From Octopus bimaculoides (taxonomy: Eukaryota), in the NCBI RefSeq assembly GCF_001194135.2, contig NC_068981.1, positions 116,743,614 to 116,807,613 of the forward strand: DNA of 64,000 nt. The letters run 5' to 3'. How positions within the stretch are numbered: the stretch's first letter is position 1; each line of letters begins with the position of its first letter. Position numbers and translations under genes: made by a program. The notes below the pieces were generated by a model, which made no database searches, was not told where the DNA came from, and was given only the letters and a program-made list of their open reading frames with translations. Shown in pieces: positions 1 through 13,483 of the stretch.

Positions 1-32
<32 letters not shown>

Positions 33-34
<2 letters not shown>

Positions 35-193
35 GACGGGCTTCTTTCAGTTTCCGTCTACCAAATCTACCCTGAAAGCTTTGGTCAGCCTGAGTCTATA
101 GTAGAAGGCACTTTCTCAAGGTGCCACGCAGTGGGACTGAACCAGGAACCATGTGGTTGTTAAGCAAGCTACTTACCACACAGCCACGCCTGC
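33..193 (-). mobile_element. tRNA-derived SINE, family B (CORE-like), 5' half
   Basis: Reverse complement reads gcaggcgtggctgtgtggtaag...ggttcagtcccactgcgtggcaccttgagaaagtg, with A/B-box-like motifs and a CORE-like cttg(g/a)gcaag segment, then runs into (TA)n. The same sequence recurs at 26250, 26670, 28645 and 57340. Confidence 0.85.
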
Positions 194-919
194 ACCCAAT
201 ATTTATATTTGTATATGTGTGTGAGCGAGCATTTGTGCTTTATTGTATTCATGAGTCTTTCAAGACAACGATGATCTAATGTTATACAATACACTAATGA
301 ATATATATCTGAAAAAAAAAAATGAAGACAAAGGCATCAATATGATAAAATTTGATTTTGTTTTCTTATTTTTAGTCTCTCTTTTTTATTCCATTTGCTT
401 GCTTATTGGCTTATTGGCTAATTAATATCAACGTAGCTATTGGTTTTACGTCGTTTACGTTTGACAATACACATAAACAAGGTTTCTAAGCGAATCTGTT
501 CGGTTTGTTTTTATTAAATTTCTCTCTGTTTTTGTTTTTATTATGTGCTATTATGTCTGTTTACTTTGAATTTAGCGCTTCCTTTCTTGTCATTTCCTTT
601 CCAGCTCGAAGAAAAAAAAAATACGCTTTCTCCTCGACATCGTTTTAGAATCTTCTCTACTCACACACACGGACGCAAGCACGCACGCGCACACACACAC
701 ACGCGTGCATATACACATGTTTTCGTACATTTCGCTTGCTAGTTCTGTTATAGTTAATTTTTTTCTTACTTTCTAACAACTACTTAATCCCCTGTTTCAT
801 CGGCAACTGTACAACACGTGGTAGCTACGCCACGAAAAACAATGGTTCTAATACACACATCACTGATTCCAGAAGGGCGGTATTCCTAGTTGTTGCTGGA
901 ATACGAGTAAAAAACATAC

Positions 920-1043
920 GTTGCACACATTTCATCCCAGCTGTTTTGGACTTCATCCCAGAACCAATTGGAGATAATCGCCTTGGCACATACAGATTTA
1001 GCTGTGGTATAAACGAACTCTTTTCCTACATGTTTCTGATTTT
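920..1043 (-). CDS. candidate internal coding exon (phase 1 to 2): (E)NQKHVGKEFVYTTAKSVCAKAIISNWFWDEVQNSWDEMCA(T)
   Basis: Acceptor gtgtggtttag, donor GTATGT, 124 bp open frame, complex non-repeat sequence. Product not recognised. Confidence 0.5.
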
Positions 1044-1133
1044 CTAAACCACACACACAGAATAACACAGACATACATAGGTGCATGTATATATATATAT
1101 ATAGATAGATATAGATATACACACACATATATG

Positions 1134-1209
<76 letters not shown>

Positions 1210-1799
1210 NNNNNNNNNNNNNNNNNNNNNNNNNNNNNNNNNNNNNNNNNNNNNNNNNNNNNNNNNNNNNNNNNNNNNNNNNNNNNNNNNNNNNNNNNNN
1301 NNNNNNNNNNNNNNNNNNNNNNNNNNNNNNNNNNNNNNNNNNNNNNNNNNNNNNNNNNNNNNNNNNNNNNNNNNNNNNNNNNNNNNNNNNNNNNNNNNNN
1401 NNNNNNNNNNNNNNNNNNNNNNNNNNNNNNNNNNNNNNNNNNNNNNNNNNNNNNNNNNNNNNNNNNNNNNNNNNNNNNNNNNNNNNNNNNNNNNNNNNNN
1501 NNNNNNNNNNNNNNNNNNNNNNNNNNNNNNNNNNNNNNNNNNNNNNNNNNNNNNNNNNNNNNNNNNNNNNNNNNNNNNNNNNNNNNNNNNNNNNNNNNNN
1601 NNNNNNNNNNNNNNNNNNNNNNNNNNNNNNNNNNNNNNNNNNNNNNNNNNNNNNNNNNNNNNNNNNNNNNNNNNNNNNNNNNNNNNNNNNNNNNNNNNNN
1701 NNNNNNNNNNNNNNNNNNNNNNNNNNNNNNNNTCAATTATCAGGAAGACTAACCTCAACATGAGGGATTGTTCCCATCGAGAGTTGATAGCTCTTTTCG

Positions 1800-1950
1800 A
1801 ATTAGGTACAGGTCCATCAAATTTGAAGGGTAAATCTATTCGATAACATCCTTGACTGGTGCAATAATATATTTTATCAGTCTTGGAGTAATGAAAAGCG
1901 CCGTTGACCTCAGTAGTATTGAACTAAGAATATACTGAGCGGAATGAATG
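1800..1950 (-). mobile_element. highly degraded SINE family A copy
   Basis: Aligns by eye to the family A pattern ggcacaaggcctgaaatttt...actggtacttattttatcgac...gtcgacctcggcggaatttgaactcagaa seen at 38.9-41.0 kb. Confidence 0.55.
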
Positions 1951-2211
1951 AAGCAAGTTATGTTCCCGACACTCTAGCGATTCTAACAATACAAATACAT
2001 ATTAATATTTCGGTTTTATCCGAAATGATTTCATACATAAAACGCAATACGTGTAACTCTGCAGAAGAAAATAAACGGTTTATAAAACGAGAGATCTGTC
2101 AAAACGTTATACAACATATGGATTAAAAATTTAGTAAAATGAAATATGATTTTGAAACAAAGTAAAGCACAATGATTAAAATAAGAAAAAAATTTGAATT
2201 TTAGTACAATA

Positions 2212-3358
2212 CTAGACTACCCGTGACCCGTTGACTTACAGACGGTTCAAGTAATAAAACATTGAATCTGATTGCATTGAAATGAAAGTTAATTTTATGA
2301 TGATTCAGTTAAATATTTCAATTCGTTCGTACCATCAAAGGTCTGATTTACAAGGTTTTATTGATTTTTTTTACAGTATCTAATAGAAATCTTCCAGGAT
2401 AAACTGAACTCCAGTAACAGAATTTTTTATGGTATGTATGCACACTTCTACAAAAATGCAAAAGGAACTGTTATATAACGTAAACACAAAATAAATTAAA
2501 TAATTTTCTCATTTCAGAGTTATGTTACTTTCAGAGTATCTTCCCATTATGCACAGTTTTGGTTATTTATGAATGTAACCCCCCCCCAAAAACGCCGATC
2601 GCGGGTATCCGGGGTTCGATTAAGGCGAAAATTGTTTTATTCCGTTTGTATTCACATTTCAGGGGTTCCTCACTTTCAGAATATTCTCCCATTATGCGCT
2701 GGTTAGGCTGTATTAAATTGGAGACAATCACGCCCGCAAGCAAGCACACAAACAAAACTGGTATAACTACAGATGNNNNNNNNNNNNNNNNNNNNNNNNN
2801 NNNNNNNNNNNNNNNNNNNNNNNNNNNNNNNNNNNNNNNNNNNNNNNNNNNNNNNNNNNNNNNNNNNNNNNNNNNNNNNNNNNNNNNNNNNNNNNNNNNN
2901 NNNNNNNNNNNNNNNNNNNNNNNNNNNNNNNNNNNNNNNNNNNNNNNNNNNNNNNNNNNNNNNNNNNNNNNNNNNNNNNNNNNNNNNNNNNNNNNNNNNN
3001 NNNNNNNNNNNNNNNNNNNNNNNNNNNNNNNNNNNNNNNNNNNNNNNNNNNNNNNNNNNNNNNNNNNNNNNNNNNNNNNNNNNNNNNNNNNNNNNNNNNN
3101 NNNNNNNNNNNNNNNNNNNNNNNNNNNNNNNNNNNNNNNNNNNNNNNNNNNNNNNNNNNNNNNNNNNNNNNNNNNNNNNNNNNNNNNNNNNNNNNNNNNN
3201 NNNNNNNNNNNNNNNNNNNNAAATAAGTTGGAACTACTCCGTTTTGACGGGGATTTTCTCCTTTTTTCTTTAAACCACAGCCTCGGAAATGATGTGGGGC
3301 GTGGAACATCTTTTTATGAAAAACGTTTTAAATTTTTTTTTGTACAAACCCCTTGTAC

Positions 3359-3410
<52 letters not shown>

Positions 3411-3735
3411 GACACACACACTCCTCATCATCCCACTCCGGACCGATTTGAGCCAATTTTTTGCAATTCAAAACCATGGGAAGAGAATTTTCAATAAAAA
3501 AATTATTGAAAATAATGTTAATATTTTCAGAGGAAAAAGTGAGTGATTTAAGGGCGATTTGGCAGTTGTTTCTAGCACATCCAAAGACAACCCTCCTCAT
3601 TTCTTTTTCACTCTCGAATGTATTGATGCTTTTCAATAATTTTATATGCTGTAAAAAAAAATGAATCATGATTTTTTTGCAACCCCACTTCCTGCATCCG
3701 ATTGTTTCTGTTTATAAATTAAAATATTGGAGAGC
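2212..3735 (-). mobile_element. probable non-autonomous Helitron-like element with internal (CA)n, interrupted by a gap
   Basis: On the minus strand it ends in CTAG (2212-2215), preceded by a short ccgt..acgg hairpin (2228-2245). It has an internal microsatellite and a TC-starting AT-rich putative 5' end near 3730. Boundaries are approximate. Confidence 0.4.
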
Positions 3736-4079
3736 CTGAGGTCATTGCTGGTATTTATCCACAGTGATCTGTAAACGATAATCCATTTTAATAACATACG
3801 TTTCTGTTAGAAAATGCTTTTTCTTACACGCACACACGGCTTCGCTTGATTGTGGTGGAGGTAAAAATTAAAATTACAACTTTTCTTGTTGTTTATATTC
3901 CACCAACAGAACACGCGCGTGTTATGTCGGCGTCATCATTCCATACAATGTGTTTAAAGGGAGAAAAATATTGAGAAAACATCAATACATGTGAGAGTGA
4001 AAACGGAGGGTGGTTGGGGACGTGCTAGACACAACAGCTAAATTTCCTTTGAATCGTACACCTTTTTACACTTTTCTTT

Positions 4080-4450
4080 TTTATTTACCGAAATCGGTCC
4101 GAAATGGGATAGTGAGGAATTTCAAAACTTTTGAAAAATGTTCTTTCATAATAATCCCCACACACACACACACACACACAATCCTTATCATTTCGACGGC
4201 TGTGGGAAAAATTTGCTTGGAAACAGAGTAGTTCCAACTTATATCCGAAACTCCGTTTTTCGAAAACTCTTCTCCCCACTCCCTCTGGCAAAATTTTCCC
4301 CACAAATTTCTTTATAATCGTAATTTAATCCATTTGAAAGGTATTTCTATAGAATTTCATTAAAATAAATCCATTTTCCTGAATGTTATGAAGGAAACAT
4401 GTCGTATCGTCTCAATTTTCCGAAACTCCTCTCTCCACCCCTTCGTCCTA
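4080..4450 (+). mobile_element. related repeat copy inverted relative to 3221-3450
   Basis: 3223-3239 is the exact reverse complement of 4226-4242. 3430-3449 matches the reverse complement of 4091-4110 with 2 mismatches. Confidence 0.6.
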
Positions 4451-4459
4451 AAACTAAGC

Positions 4460-5860
4460 AATTGAAAAGCACCCTGGCCCCACAAGATCCCCAATTTTTG
4501 GCTAAAATATCTAACAGGAAAACAAGAAATTCAACGAGATACTAGTCGAACCAGAGACAACACCTGAATGGATCAAAGAAGGAAAAACCATCCTAATTCC
4601 TAAATCCTTTAGAACGACTAACCCACAAAACTATAGTCCCATAACATGTCTCCCTAAAATTTACAAAGCCTTAGCTGCAATGACATCGCAATAACATGTG
4701 GAAGAAAATAACTTGTTTCTGGAAGAGTAGATGAAATGCTGCAAAGGTTCATATAACTGTAAATATCAGATATTGATCAATAAAAACATAACTGAAGGTA
4801 GCAGAAAGAAAAAGAAGAGTCTAAGCATGGCTTGGATCGATTATCGAAAGGATTTTAGCTATGAACAACATAGCACCAATAATAATGGAATACATAAAAC
4901 ATGCCTTGAAGGAATGGCTAACGGTGCTTCAGCTCCAGACAGAAGAGGAAACCATAAAAACTAAAGCCAACTCCATTAGAAGAGAAATATCCCGAGGAGA
5001 TTTGCTCACTCCGCTCTTTTTCTTCCCGGCACTAACGCCTTTAACTGACATACTAACCAGAACTCGGTGTGGATTCAACTGCTACGGTAAAGCAATCAAC
5101 CATCTCTTGTATATTAATGATCTAATACAGTATGCTACAAATGACAAACAGCTGGAAACATTGCAATAGACAGTGCATGGATTTACCAAAGAAATAAACA
5201 AATTTCGGCATAGAAAAATGTACCAACGTAACCTTGAAAAGGGGAAAGCTAAGTTAGGCTTAACAATATCACATTAGATAAAGAAAATGAAATAAAAGAA
5301 TTATGCCAAATCCAGACATCCAAATACTTAGGAATCAATTAGCTGGATAAAGTCCAACACACACAAATGTAAGAGAAGATAAAAAAGGAAAACTAAGACG
5401 AGTTAGATTAATATTTAAAAACATAGCTCAATGCGAAAAACAAGATAAATGGTATCAGTACTCTAGCTGTCCCAGTTTTAAGTTACAGTTACAATATTCT
5501 TAATTGAACTCTAAACGAGCTAACCAAACTAGACAGGAAAACAAGAGAACTAATGACAGAATTTAGGATGCACCACCCAAAATCTGACATATATACTACG
5601 AAATAAAGGTGGTAGAGTCCTTATACAGCTAGAAAACTATTATAAAATAACTACCATAGGATTACAGAAGCAACTAATGCAGAAACAAAGAAAACTGATA
5701 CAAGTAGCCACAAAACACTAACAAAAAAATTGTCTGTCTTTAATAAATCTGAAAAATACAAGAAACCAGTGTTGGTAATTGACAAATTTGTCGAAAAAGT
5801 AGAAACAGCAAAAGCTGTAAAATAACTGAGATCCAAATCAAAACAGCCTAATATTTCATG
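4460..5860 (+). mobile_element. degenerate R4/Dong-clade non-LTR retrotransposon RT fragment
   Basis: Motifs NYSPITCLP, SLSMAWIDYRK, RREISRGDLLTPL, INHLLYIND, KYLGI, HHPKSD. Frameshifts and stops present; ends at (ATT)n. Confidence 0.85.
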
Positions 5861-6064
<204 letters not shown>

Positions 6065-6067
<3 letters not shown>

Positions 6068-6666
6068 ACATTTGGTAGTTTCAAGCAAAATTCTACTGCA
6101 AAATTTGCTACACGTCCGTGTTGCTGGTATGTGTGCAGCATTGTGTTCTTTTCTGTTGTTGGAAGTGTGCATCTTCTTCCCAGTATTGTATTGTGTCAGT
6201 TCCTTTTTTTCTTTTGAAGTGTAATTCACTTTTTGTTGAATTATTGTTTGTATTGTGTGTTGAGTGTGTAATGCGTTGCTTTATCGGATTGCTGGTGGAA
6301 GTTTATTTCATTGGGTAATTGATGCATAGATTGTGTCATGTGTTTGTGGATTGTTTTGTTTAGGTTGTATTATTAAATTCAGTCATGCGTAGGATGTGGG
6401 CTGTTCCGAGCAAGGCCATTTTTTGGATAGTGTGTAGTGTTGAGGATCCAGGTATAGCTTCTACGTTTTTTTTTCATGTTTTTCTTGATCATGCCCAAAG
6501 TTCCAATTATTATTAGTATTGCTTCACTTTCATGCCCCACATTTTGAATACTTCAATTTCGAGTTCTTTGTACTATGACAGTTTCGCCACTTCTTTTTGG
6601 ACAATATTTTGTTCAGAAGAGTCTGTAATGTCTCTCAGTAAGCAAGGTTTTTTCCCCCCAGTCCTT
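6065..6666 (-). mobile_element. R4/Dong-clade 3' end (restriction-like endonuclease domain plus 3' UTR with (AAT)n tail)
   Basis: Minus strand reads ...EQNIVQKEVAKLS*YKELEIEVFKMWGMK...IGTLG...IQKMALLGTAHILRM, followed by UTR running into (AAT)n. Confidence 0.85.
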
Positions 6667-6667
6667 G

Positions 6668-6721
<54 letters not shown>

Positions 6722-6741
6722 GATAATAATAATAATATTAG

Positions 6742-6776
<35 letters not shown>
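6667..6776. repeat. compound (ATT)n/(AAT)n/(ACT)n microsatellite
   Basis: Direct reading. Confidence 0.98.
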
Positions 6777-8803
6777 GATCATGTGCAGCCACCAACAAAC
6801 TTTCTGTCAGTCTTCATTTCTGGTATTTAACTTCGCTGGGTTTTTCCTTTGCTTCCCTATGTCTTGCTGTGACTCCAACAGCTTCAATAAACTTTCTTCA
6901 TTATTACCTACATATAGGAGTCTATATCTACTTAGCTAATTTCACGCACTCTTCTACTGAGATTTATCCTCTTTTGCCTCTCTTTGTAGATAATTATAAT
7001 CTTGCTACTCTTGCCCTTGGATGAATTCCTCTATTCATATTGAATTCCTTCTTAATTCTTCTTTCTACAAAAGCAACTGAGTATCTAAGTAATGATACTG
7101 CCCAAGCATTTACAGCCTTCACTAGTTTCGGGCCATTTAGCTTTAACTTCATTAGCTTCCTCGCCCTTCTGATGTACCCCTTCTAGATTTTTGTTTTCAT
7201 TTCTATAGTTGGTACTCAGTCAGATTCTAATACTCCTAGATACTTATAACTCTTTCTTTCTTTCAATGATTTTAAAGTCTGGCCGTCTGTTAATTGGATA
7301 CCATCATTGTTGACTACCTGTTTCCTTCTCATGACTAATATTGCACGCTTATGAATGCCAATATCTTTGCTAAAGAGACTTAAAGTCTGTATTAAGGAAT
7401 CTATCGCTTTTTCATTCTTACTAAAAAGTTTCAGACCATCCATGTAGAGCAAATGGTTAATTTTTCCCTTACTATTTCTGAACTGATACCCTTTTGCCTT
7501 CCTTAATACTAAACTGAGGGGGATCAAACATAAGTTAAATATCAAAGTGTATAACGAGACTCCTTGGAAAATTCCTCTCTTGATACTAACTTACCCTAAG
7601 AGTGTGTCAACTTGTCTAGATAAATACCTTCCATTTCTTCATGCTGAAGTTAATTAATTCTCTTATGTTATCTGCTATACTGAATATACTCAAACATTCA
7701 CTTATCCAAGGTGTGGGATCTTGTCATAGGCTTTCCTATAATCTATCCATACAATTGTTAGATTTTTTTCTAACTTTTACTTCATTTAGAACTGCGTTGT
7801 CTATGTATAATAGATCATGCATTCTTCTAGCCTTTTTCCTTTCTGTTCTTCTGGCAGTAAATTCTGGCTGTCAAGTTTCTCGTAAATGCTTTCTGAAAGC
7901 ATTCCTGTTAACAGCTTCCACATTAATCGTAAGTAAGTGATTAGTCTATAATTGCCAGCTGTATTACCCTTGCTTTTATCTTTTATAAAGAGTATTGTTC
8001 TACCTCTAGTCATCCAATCTGGTATTATTCCTCCATTAAGGCAATCCTGAAGTTGTTCCCTCAGCTTTCCATGTAAACTACTAAATTTCTTTAACCAGTA
8101 TCCTTGAAGTAAATCTGGTCCTGGGCCCTTCCAGTTCTGCATTTTTCCTAACATTTTATTCATTAATGCAGTACTTAATCTTAGATTTGGCTACTTCTCA
8201 CTGACTACTTCACTCACTTTCTTTAACCATACTGCTTCTTCATTATGATTGACTGGCTTATTCCAAATATTATTCCAGAACATTCTAGCTCCTTCTGCAT
8301 TATGTTTCTCATCTTCAGTACTTTGTTCTCCACTATTTCTTTGGTTATAAAATCTCCTCTGGTCTGTCTCAAATAATCTATCCTGTTGATACTGATCTAT
8401 TCTTTTCTGATATCTGGAAAGATTACCTACTACTGCTTTGATACGCAATTTCAATACTTCTACGACTGTCCCAAATCCTTTCTCTTTGACTGTGTATCTT
8501 TTCTCAAGAGAAGATTTGAATCTTGTGTTTCCTAGCTTGTTCAGTTTCTAGGCTTCTCTACTACTCACATCTTGTCTTAAATTCTTCACTTTATTTTGTA
8601 ATCTCTTTTTCCATGTTTGCTCTTTTTAAATCTTTCCTTGTGGAATATCTAATCTTCTAGTAACTACTACCCCTCTTGCATAGATCAATATGTTGGTGTC
8701 TCCTATATTTTTAATATCTACCCTACTGGTAACAGAATCTATTTTCCTAGGCACATTTAGCAGCTTCCTTCTTTTGATACGTTTTAATGCTGGCAACCTT
8801 TAG
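6777..8803 (-). mobile_element. degenerate R4/Dong-clade non-LTR retrotransposon (N-terminal region plus RT)
   Basis: NWKGPGPDLLQGYWLKKF, DWMTRGRTILFIKDKSKGNTAGNYRLIT, INHLLYMDGLKLF, YKYLGVLESD; ends at LVAAHDQ (AAQDQ motif). Confidence 0.9.
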
Positions 8804-9174
8804 TAGTGTGTGTGTGTGTGAATCCTAAATATACCATTTCATAGTACGCATGGCTATCTGTCCATCGTCCTTATTTTGGTTGGTTTTGTTACTCGCCTGT
8901 CTTTACAGCGTTACATTTTGACAGAACACCACCCATGGACATGTGTTGGTGTTTCTTATTTCGTATTTATAATTATTATTCATGTATAAGCGAGAGACTG
9001 AGAGGGAACAGCAATGTGAATATATATAGAGGTCTTGTATAAATATGGATACATAAGTAATTAGAATTTAAATTCAAAATTTTACTCACAAGATTGCAGG
9101 TTTTGTATAGAAATATTAGTCTATGTGTTTATATTTTCACGCACGTGTTGCTGTGGCAGCGCATCTGAAGGGAG

Positions 9175-9214
<40 letters not shown>

Positions 9215-9224
9215 AGAGGGTTCT

Positions 9225-9260
<36 letters not shown>

Positions 9261-9904
9261 CTCCATACAAGATAAATCTTTAGGTTTCCTGAGATGGCTT
9301 ACATTTAAACAGTTTTCTTTCATTATTTTCGCGGATTCCTAATTCCTGCTTTGCGATGGTTTCAGATTTGATTTATCTTCCCGGCAGCTGGCTGTCACAC
9401 GTCCATGCTGTTTGCTATTCGCTGCATTATTATTATTAGTTTTCTTTAAATTTGCATGGTTGATGCAATAATCAAATATAGAGGCACATCGATGACGATC
9501 GGTGAATTCAAAAACAACAATAGCAAAAGTAACATAAGTTAAATGTTCGTACACATTGAATATCTTAGTTCAATGCTCGGCAAAATTTCACAGGGAAAAC
9601 TAAGAGTGAAAACATGACACTTTGAGCATAGCTTTTTGTTGGATACGAGAAGGAAGTCCATAAAAATGGAAAAATGAAAGAGACGGATTGTCTACAGAAA
9701 GGCACGTGGAACGCTAAATTACTGACCGGGAGCTTGATTGCCAAAGAACATGTGACTTTCAAAGTTTGTGGTGTGCATAACTGATCCCTGTGTGGTGTGT
9801 GCGTGGTGAGTGTGTGCGTGTGTGTATATAAGTGCGCAAAATATGCGTGTGAGCGCGTGCGTGTGTAGCGCATATGTGTGCATGTATGTAGATGTGTACG
9901 GATC

Positions 9905-9958
<54 letters not shown>

Positions 9959-10115
9959 GATACTTACACACACACACTCACTCACACACACCTACACACC
10001 TACACACATATAAACACGAAAACGTTTTAAATAAATGAATAATGTACGCAGATGTATCAGAATTTTGCTTCAGCCGTATATCCATAAGTCTTGTTTTAAT
10101 AACAATTACTAAGAA

Positions 10116-10209
10116 TTATAAGACCACCTTCAACACACTTCGTTCGTTAAACTGACGTGAAGAATTCCAGATGAAATGTGTGCCATCTTCCACGTAGTCT
10201 TTGAAATAA
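10116..10209 (-). CDS. candidate terminal coding exon (phase 2): YFKDYVEDGTHFIWNSSRQFNERSVLKVVL*
   Basis: Long pyrimidine tract ending gttattgtc-(T)n-acag, open frame to TAA at 10116-10118, and ATTAAA about 20 nt downstream. Confidence 0.55.
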
Positions 10210-10930
10210 CTGTAAAAAAAAGACAATAACAGTGACCAAAAATTATCAAGAATATCACAAAAAGAGGAAGACAAATAAATGTAGAATGAGCGTTCTATAT
10301 AAACATAATTCATGTGTGAAAATTTAGCAGAGCAGAACTTATTAACTGAATCCTTAATAATTTAAATGTTTATAAAAAAGAAAATCAATGCAGAAACTAT
10401 TCAGACTATTTTTCCTCTTAGAGATAATCAGAATTATAAACAGTTAGAATATACTAATATCTCTGAAGAGATCGGAAGCAAAATAGTTAGTTCTCCAGGA
10501 TTTTAAGAAAGATCAAAATTTCTGTTTAGACTTTGGAATTTTTCGTAAACACATAAATAACGACGCGAGTAAGAGATACGTCGGTGATTTTATGGCAAAA
10601 TTGTGACGGATATTTGGGTTGGCATGTTAAGTTGTCACTTAGTAAAGATTATAATGGTATCTCGACTTTCTTTGTGATTAGTAACAGAAAATTCAAACAT
10701 ATTTGGCAATCCAGAAACGCCAATTAAATCTTCTCTGGATTTTTCTCATTTATAACTCTAACATTACAAGCCTAATTAAGACATCTTTCACTACTAAGAC
10801 ATATTTCACTACTTAACATTTATGACAGTTAACATATGACTATAAGACCTTAAAATACATTTGTAAATGTTATATTCTATACATGTACGTTTGAGCTTGG
10901 AGTTGTACATACAAACACATACAGAAATAT

Positions 10931-10968
<38 letters not shown>

Positions 10969-11045
10969 CAAGACATCATAAAGAAGAATGGAGACTTATA
11001 CATTTTCAAACTTTGTTTATTACGGTTTTATATTATTTTCATTAG

Positions 11046-11159
11046 ATCCCAATCCCAAGCCGATACGTGTTTCTTTTGGAAAAGTATGCTAACATCCTTC
11101 GATATAACATTGATGTGAACTTATTTGGTTCAGTTGCTGTACATGTTCCTCCACGGTAG
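11046..11159 (+). CDS. candidate exon IPIPSRYVFLLEKYANILRYNIDVNLFGSVAVHVPPR*
   Basis: Acceptor tttatattattttcattag; 37 open codons of protein-like composition. Ends at TAG or at a weak GTAGAT donor. Confidence 0.3.
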   Translation: MPIPSRYVFLLEKYANILRYNIDVNLFGSVAVHVPPR

Positions 11160-12766
11160 ATATTCTTGCGCAACTTTGCTCACGGTTTTCATACGCACGG
11201 TTTATCTACCTTAACACGGTTTATCTATTTAAATCCAAGCGCTTTGAGAGAGTAATCTCCATCAAGCTCGCTCCCACCCTACAGGCAAATACACGTCATT
11301 TACGTTAAGTATATATCTGGAAGATAATGATAATAATGAGATATATTGATTTTTATTGTGATGTATGCATGTTTAAAACTTCTGAAGCTGAGGATAAAAC
11401 ATAGGCTGATTCGTGATCCTCCTCACATTTGCATATTATCCCAAGTGTCACAACGAAATTCTCTTGGAGGAAATACATTTTCAAAACTTCAAGAATTTAT
11501 CTTGCATACAAGAGTTTGTGTTTGTTTCTGTTATGCAACTGGTAATTTCTCATTAAGATTCTAATCCCTAGCAAAACAACACGTTATGCCGTGGAGTTTT
11601 TACGTAATTAACTTGTTTTACAGAACTCCGATGGAAACAGAAAGAAAAAAGAAAAGAGAAACGGAGTGTGATGAAGGAGGTTTGAAATACAACCTGTAGG
11701 AAGTAATATAAAGGTTTTAGGAAAAGTTGTGAGTGTACATGATAGTACAAAAGACATATTCCACCGACTTGAAGGAGCATATCGCAGAAGATTCCTTTCA
11801 CGATCGAATAATAAATATTGACGGCATTATTTTGAAAATGATTGCCGATTAAATTTACTTACTGAAGAAATTAAAACTGTATAGCGCCTGAATTTACAGT
11901 GATTTTAGAGGGAATCACATTTGCTTACGCCTAGAAACATCTAGAATAGACATTGACATTATCAAAAATTGCATGAATCATAAGATCCTGGTGTCAGTGG
12001 TAAATACATTATATATTTAGAGCGGCAATGTGGATATTATGAAGCTCATATATAAGACGGGACACAAAGGTGCTCCACAAACGAAAAATCTGTTAGACTT
12101 AATGCAAATTTTAAATATTTGAAGATTTAGAGTACAAGACCATCCATGCAGATCTGATAGAATCATTAAAGTATCGGGCAAGCAAACTACCTAGTTTTAG
12201 TTTTATAGATATGCCTGCATTTTTCAAAATTCGCCATCCATATCAACTTTGCTTTTCCGTCTTCGCGAAGTGGACGAAATAAAGAAGCGCTCTGGTACTA
12301 ATCAATATAATGCATATTATAAATATTAAGACATCCAAAAGGTGAATACGTAGAAAATGCAATGGTTGTTATGCATGTCAATAGACGAAGTAAAAATGCA
12401 TTAGATTCTACAACTAAGAAAAATCGAAACATTAATTATTTATACAATATTTAACGAAAGAAAACAATAAAAGTATTGGATTTATTGGCATATACTGAAA
12501 AAACTTAATAAAATCATAAAACATATATCTGAAAGACATGTTTCTGACTTCATGTATAGAAATTTTCATTCACCTTTTCTGGGAAATTAAAAACATTTTT
12601 CGTCAAAATTTCAGGTAATGAACATCAATATTACATATTTGAATACTTGTATAATTTATCTGCAATGAACAGGGTCTTTATGTACATTTCGTGTGTAAAC
12701 ACATACATACAGACAGACAGACAGACGTACATAAATACATACATACATATGTGTGTGTGTGTGTGC

Positions 12767-12960
12767 ATTTTACTTTTTCTTGTTTCAGTCATTTCACTGA
12801 CGATGCTGGCTAATTAAAGGATTTTAGTCCGAAGAGATTGACCCCAGGACTTATTCTCTATAAGCCTAATACTTATTCTATCGGTCTCTTTTGCAGAACT
12901 GCTAAGTTACGGGGATATAAACACACCAGCATCGGTTGTCAAGCGATTGCAGGGAGGAGA
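12767..12960 (-). mobile_element. SINE family B, 3' half
   Basis: gaccccaggacttattc...tacttattctatcggtctcttttgc...aaacacaccagcatcggttgtcaagcg; same as 26432 and 41572. Confidence 0.85.
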
Positions 12961-13419
12961 TGCACACACACACATGCACAAACACACGCACTCATATATT
13001 TATATATATGCACATATATATGTGTGTATATATATGTATATGTATANNNNNNNNNNNNNNNNNNNNNNNNNNNNNNNNNNNNNNNNNNNNNNNNNNNNNN
13101 NNNNNNNNNNNNNNNNNNNNNNNNNNNNNNNNNNNNNNNNNNNNNNNNNNNNNNNNNNNNNNNNNNNNNNNNNNNNNNNNNNNNNNNNNNNNNNNNNNNN
13201 NNNNNNNNNNNNNNNNNNNNNNNNNNNNNNNNNNNNNNNNNNNNNNNNNNNNNNNNNNNNNNNNNNNNNNNNNNNNNNNNNNNNNNNNNNNNNNNNNNNN
13301 NNNNNNNNNNNNNNNNNNNNNNNNNNNNNNNNNNNNNNNNNNNNNNNNNNNNNNNNNNNNNNNNNNNNNNNNNNNNNNNNNNNNNNNNNNNNNNNNNNNN
13401 NNNNNNNNNNNNNNNNNNN

Positions 13420-13483
<64 letters not shown>

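Noticed and set aside
1743-1829. Plus-strand exon-like frame KTNLNMRDCSHRELIALFELGTGPSNLK
   Set aside because: Its 3' part is the tail of a degraded family A SINE, and the acceptor sits at a gap edge.
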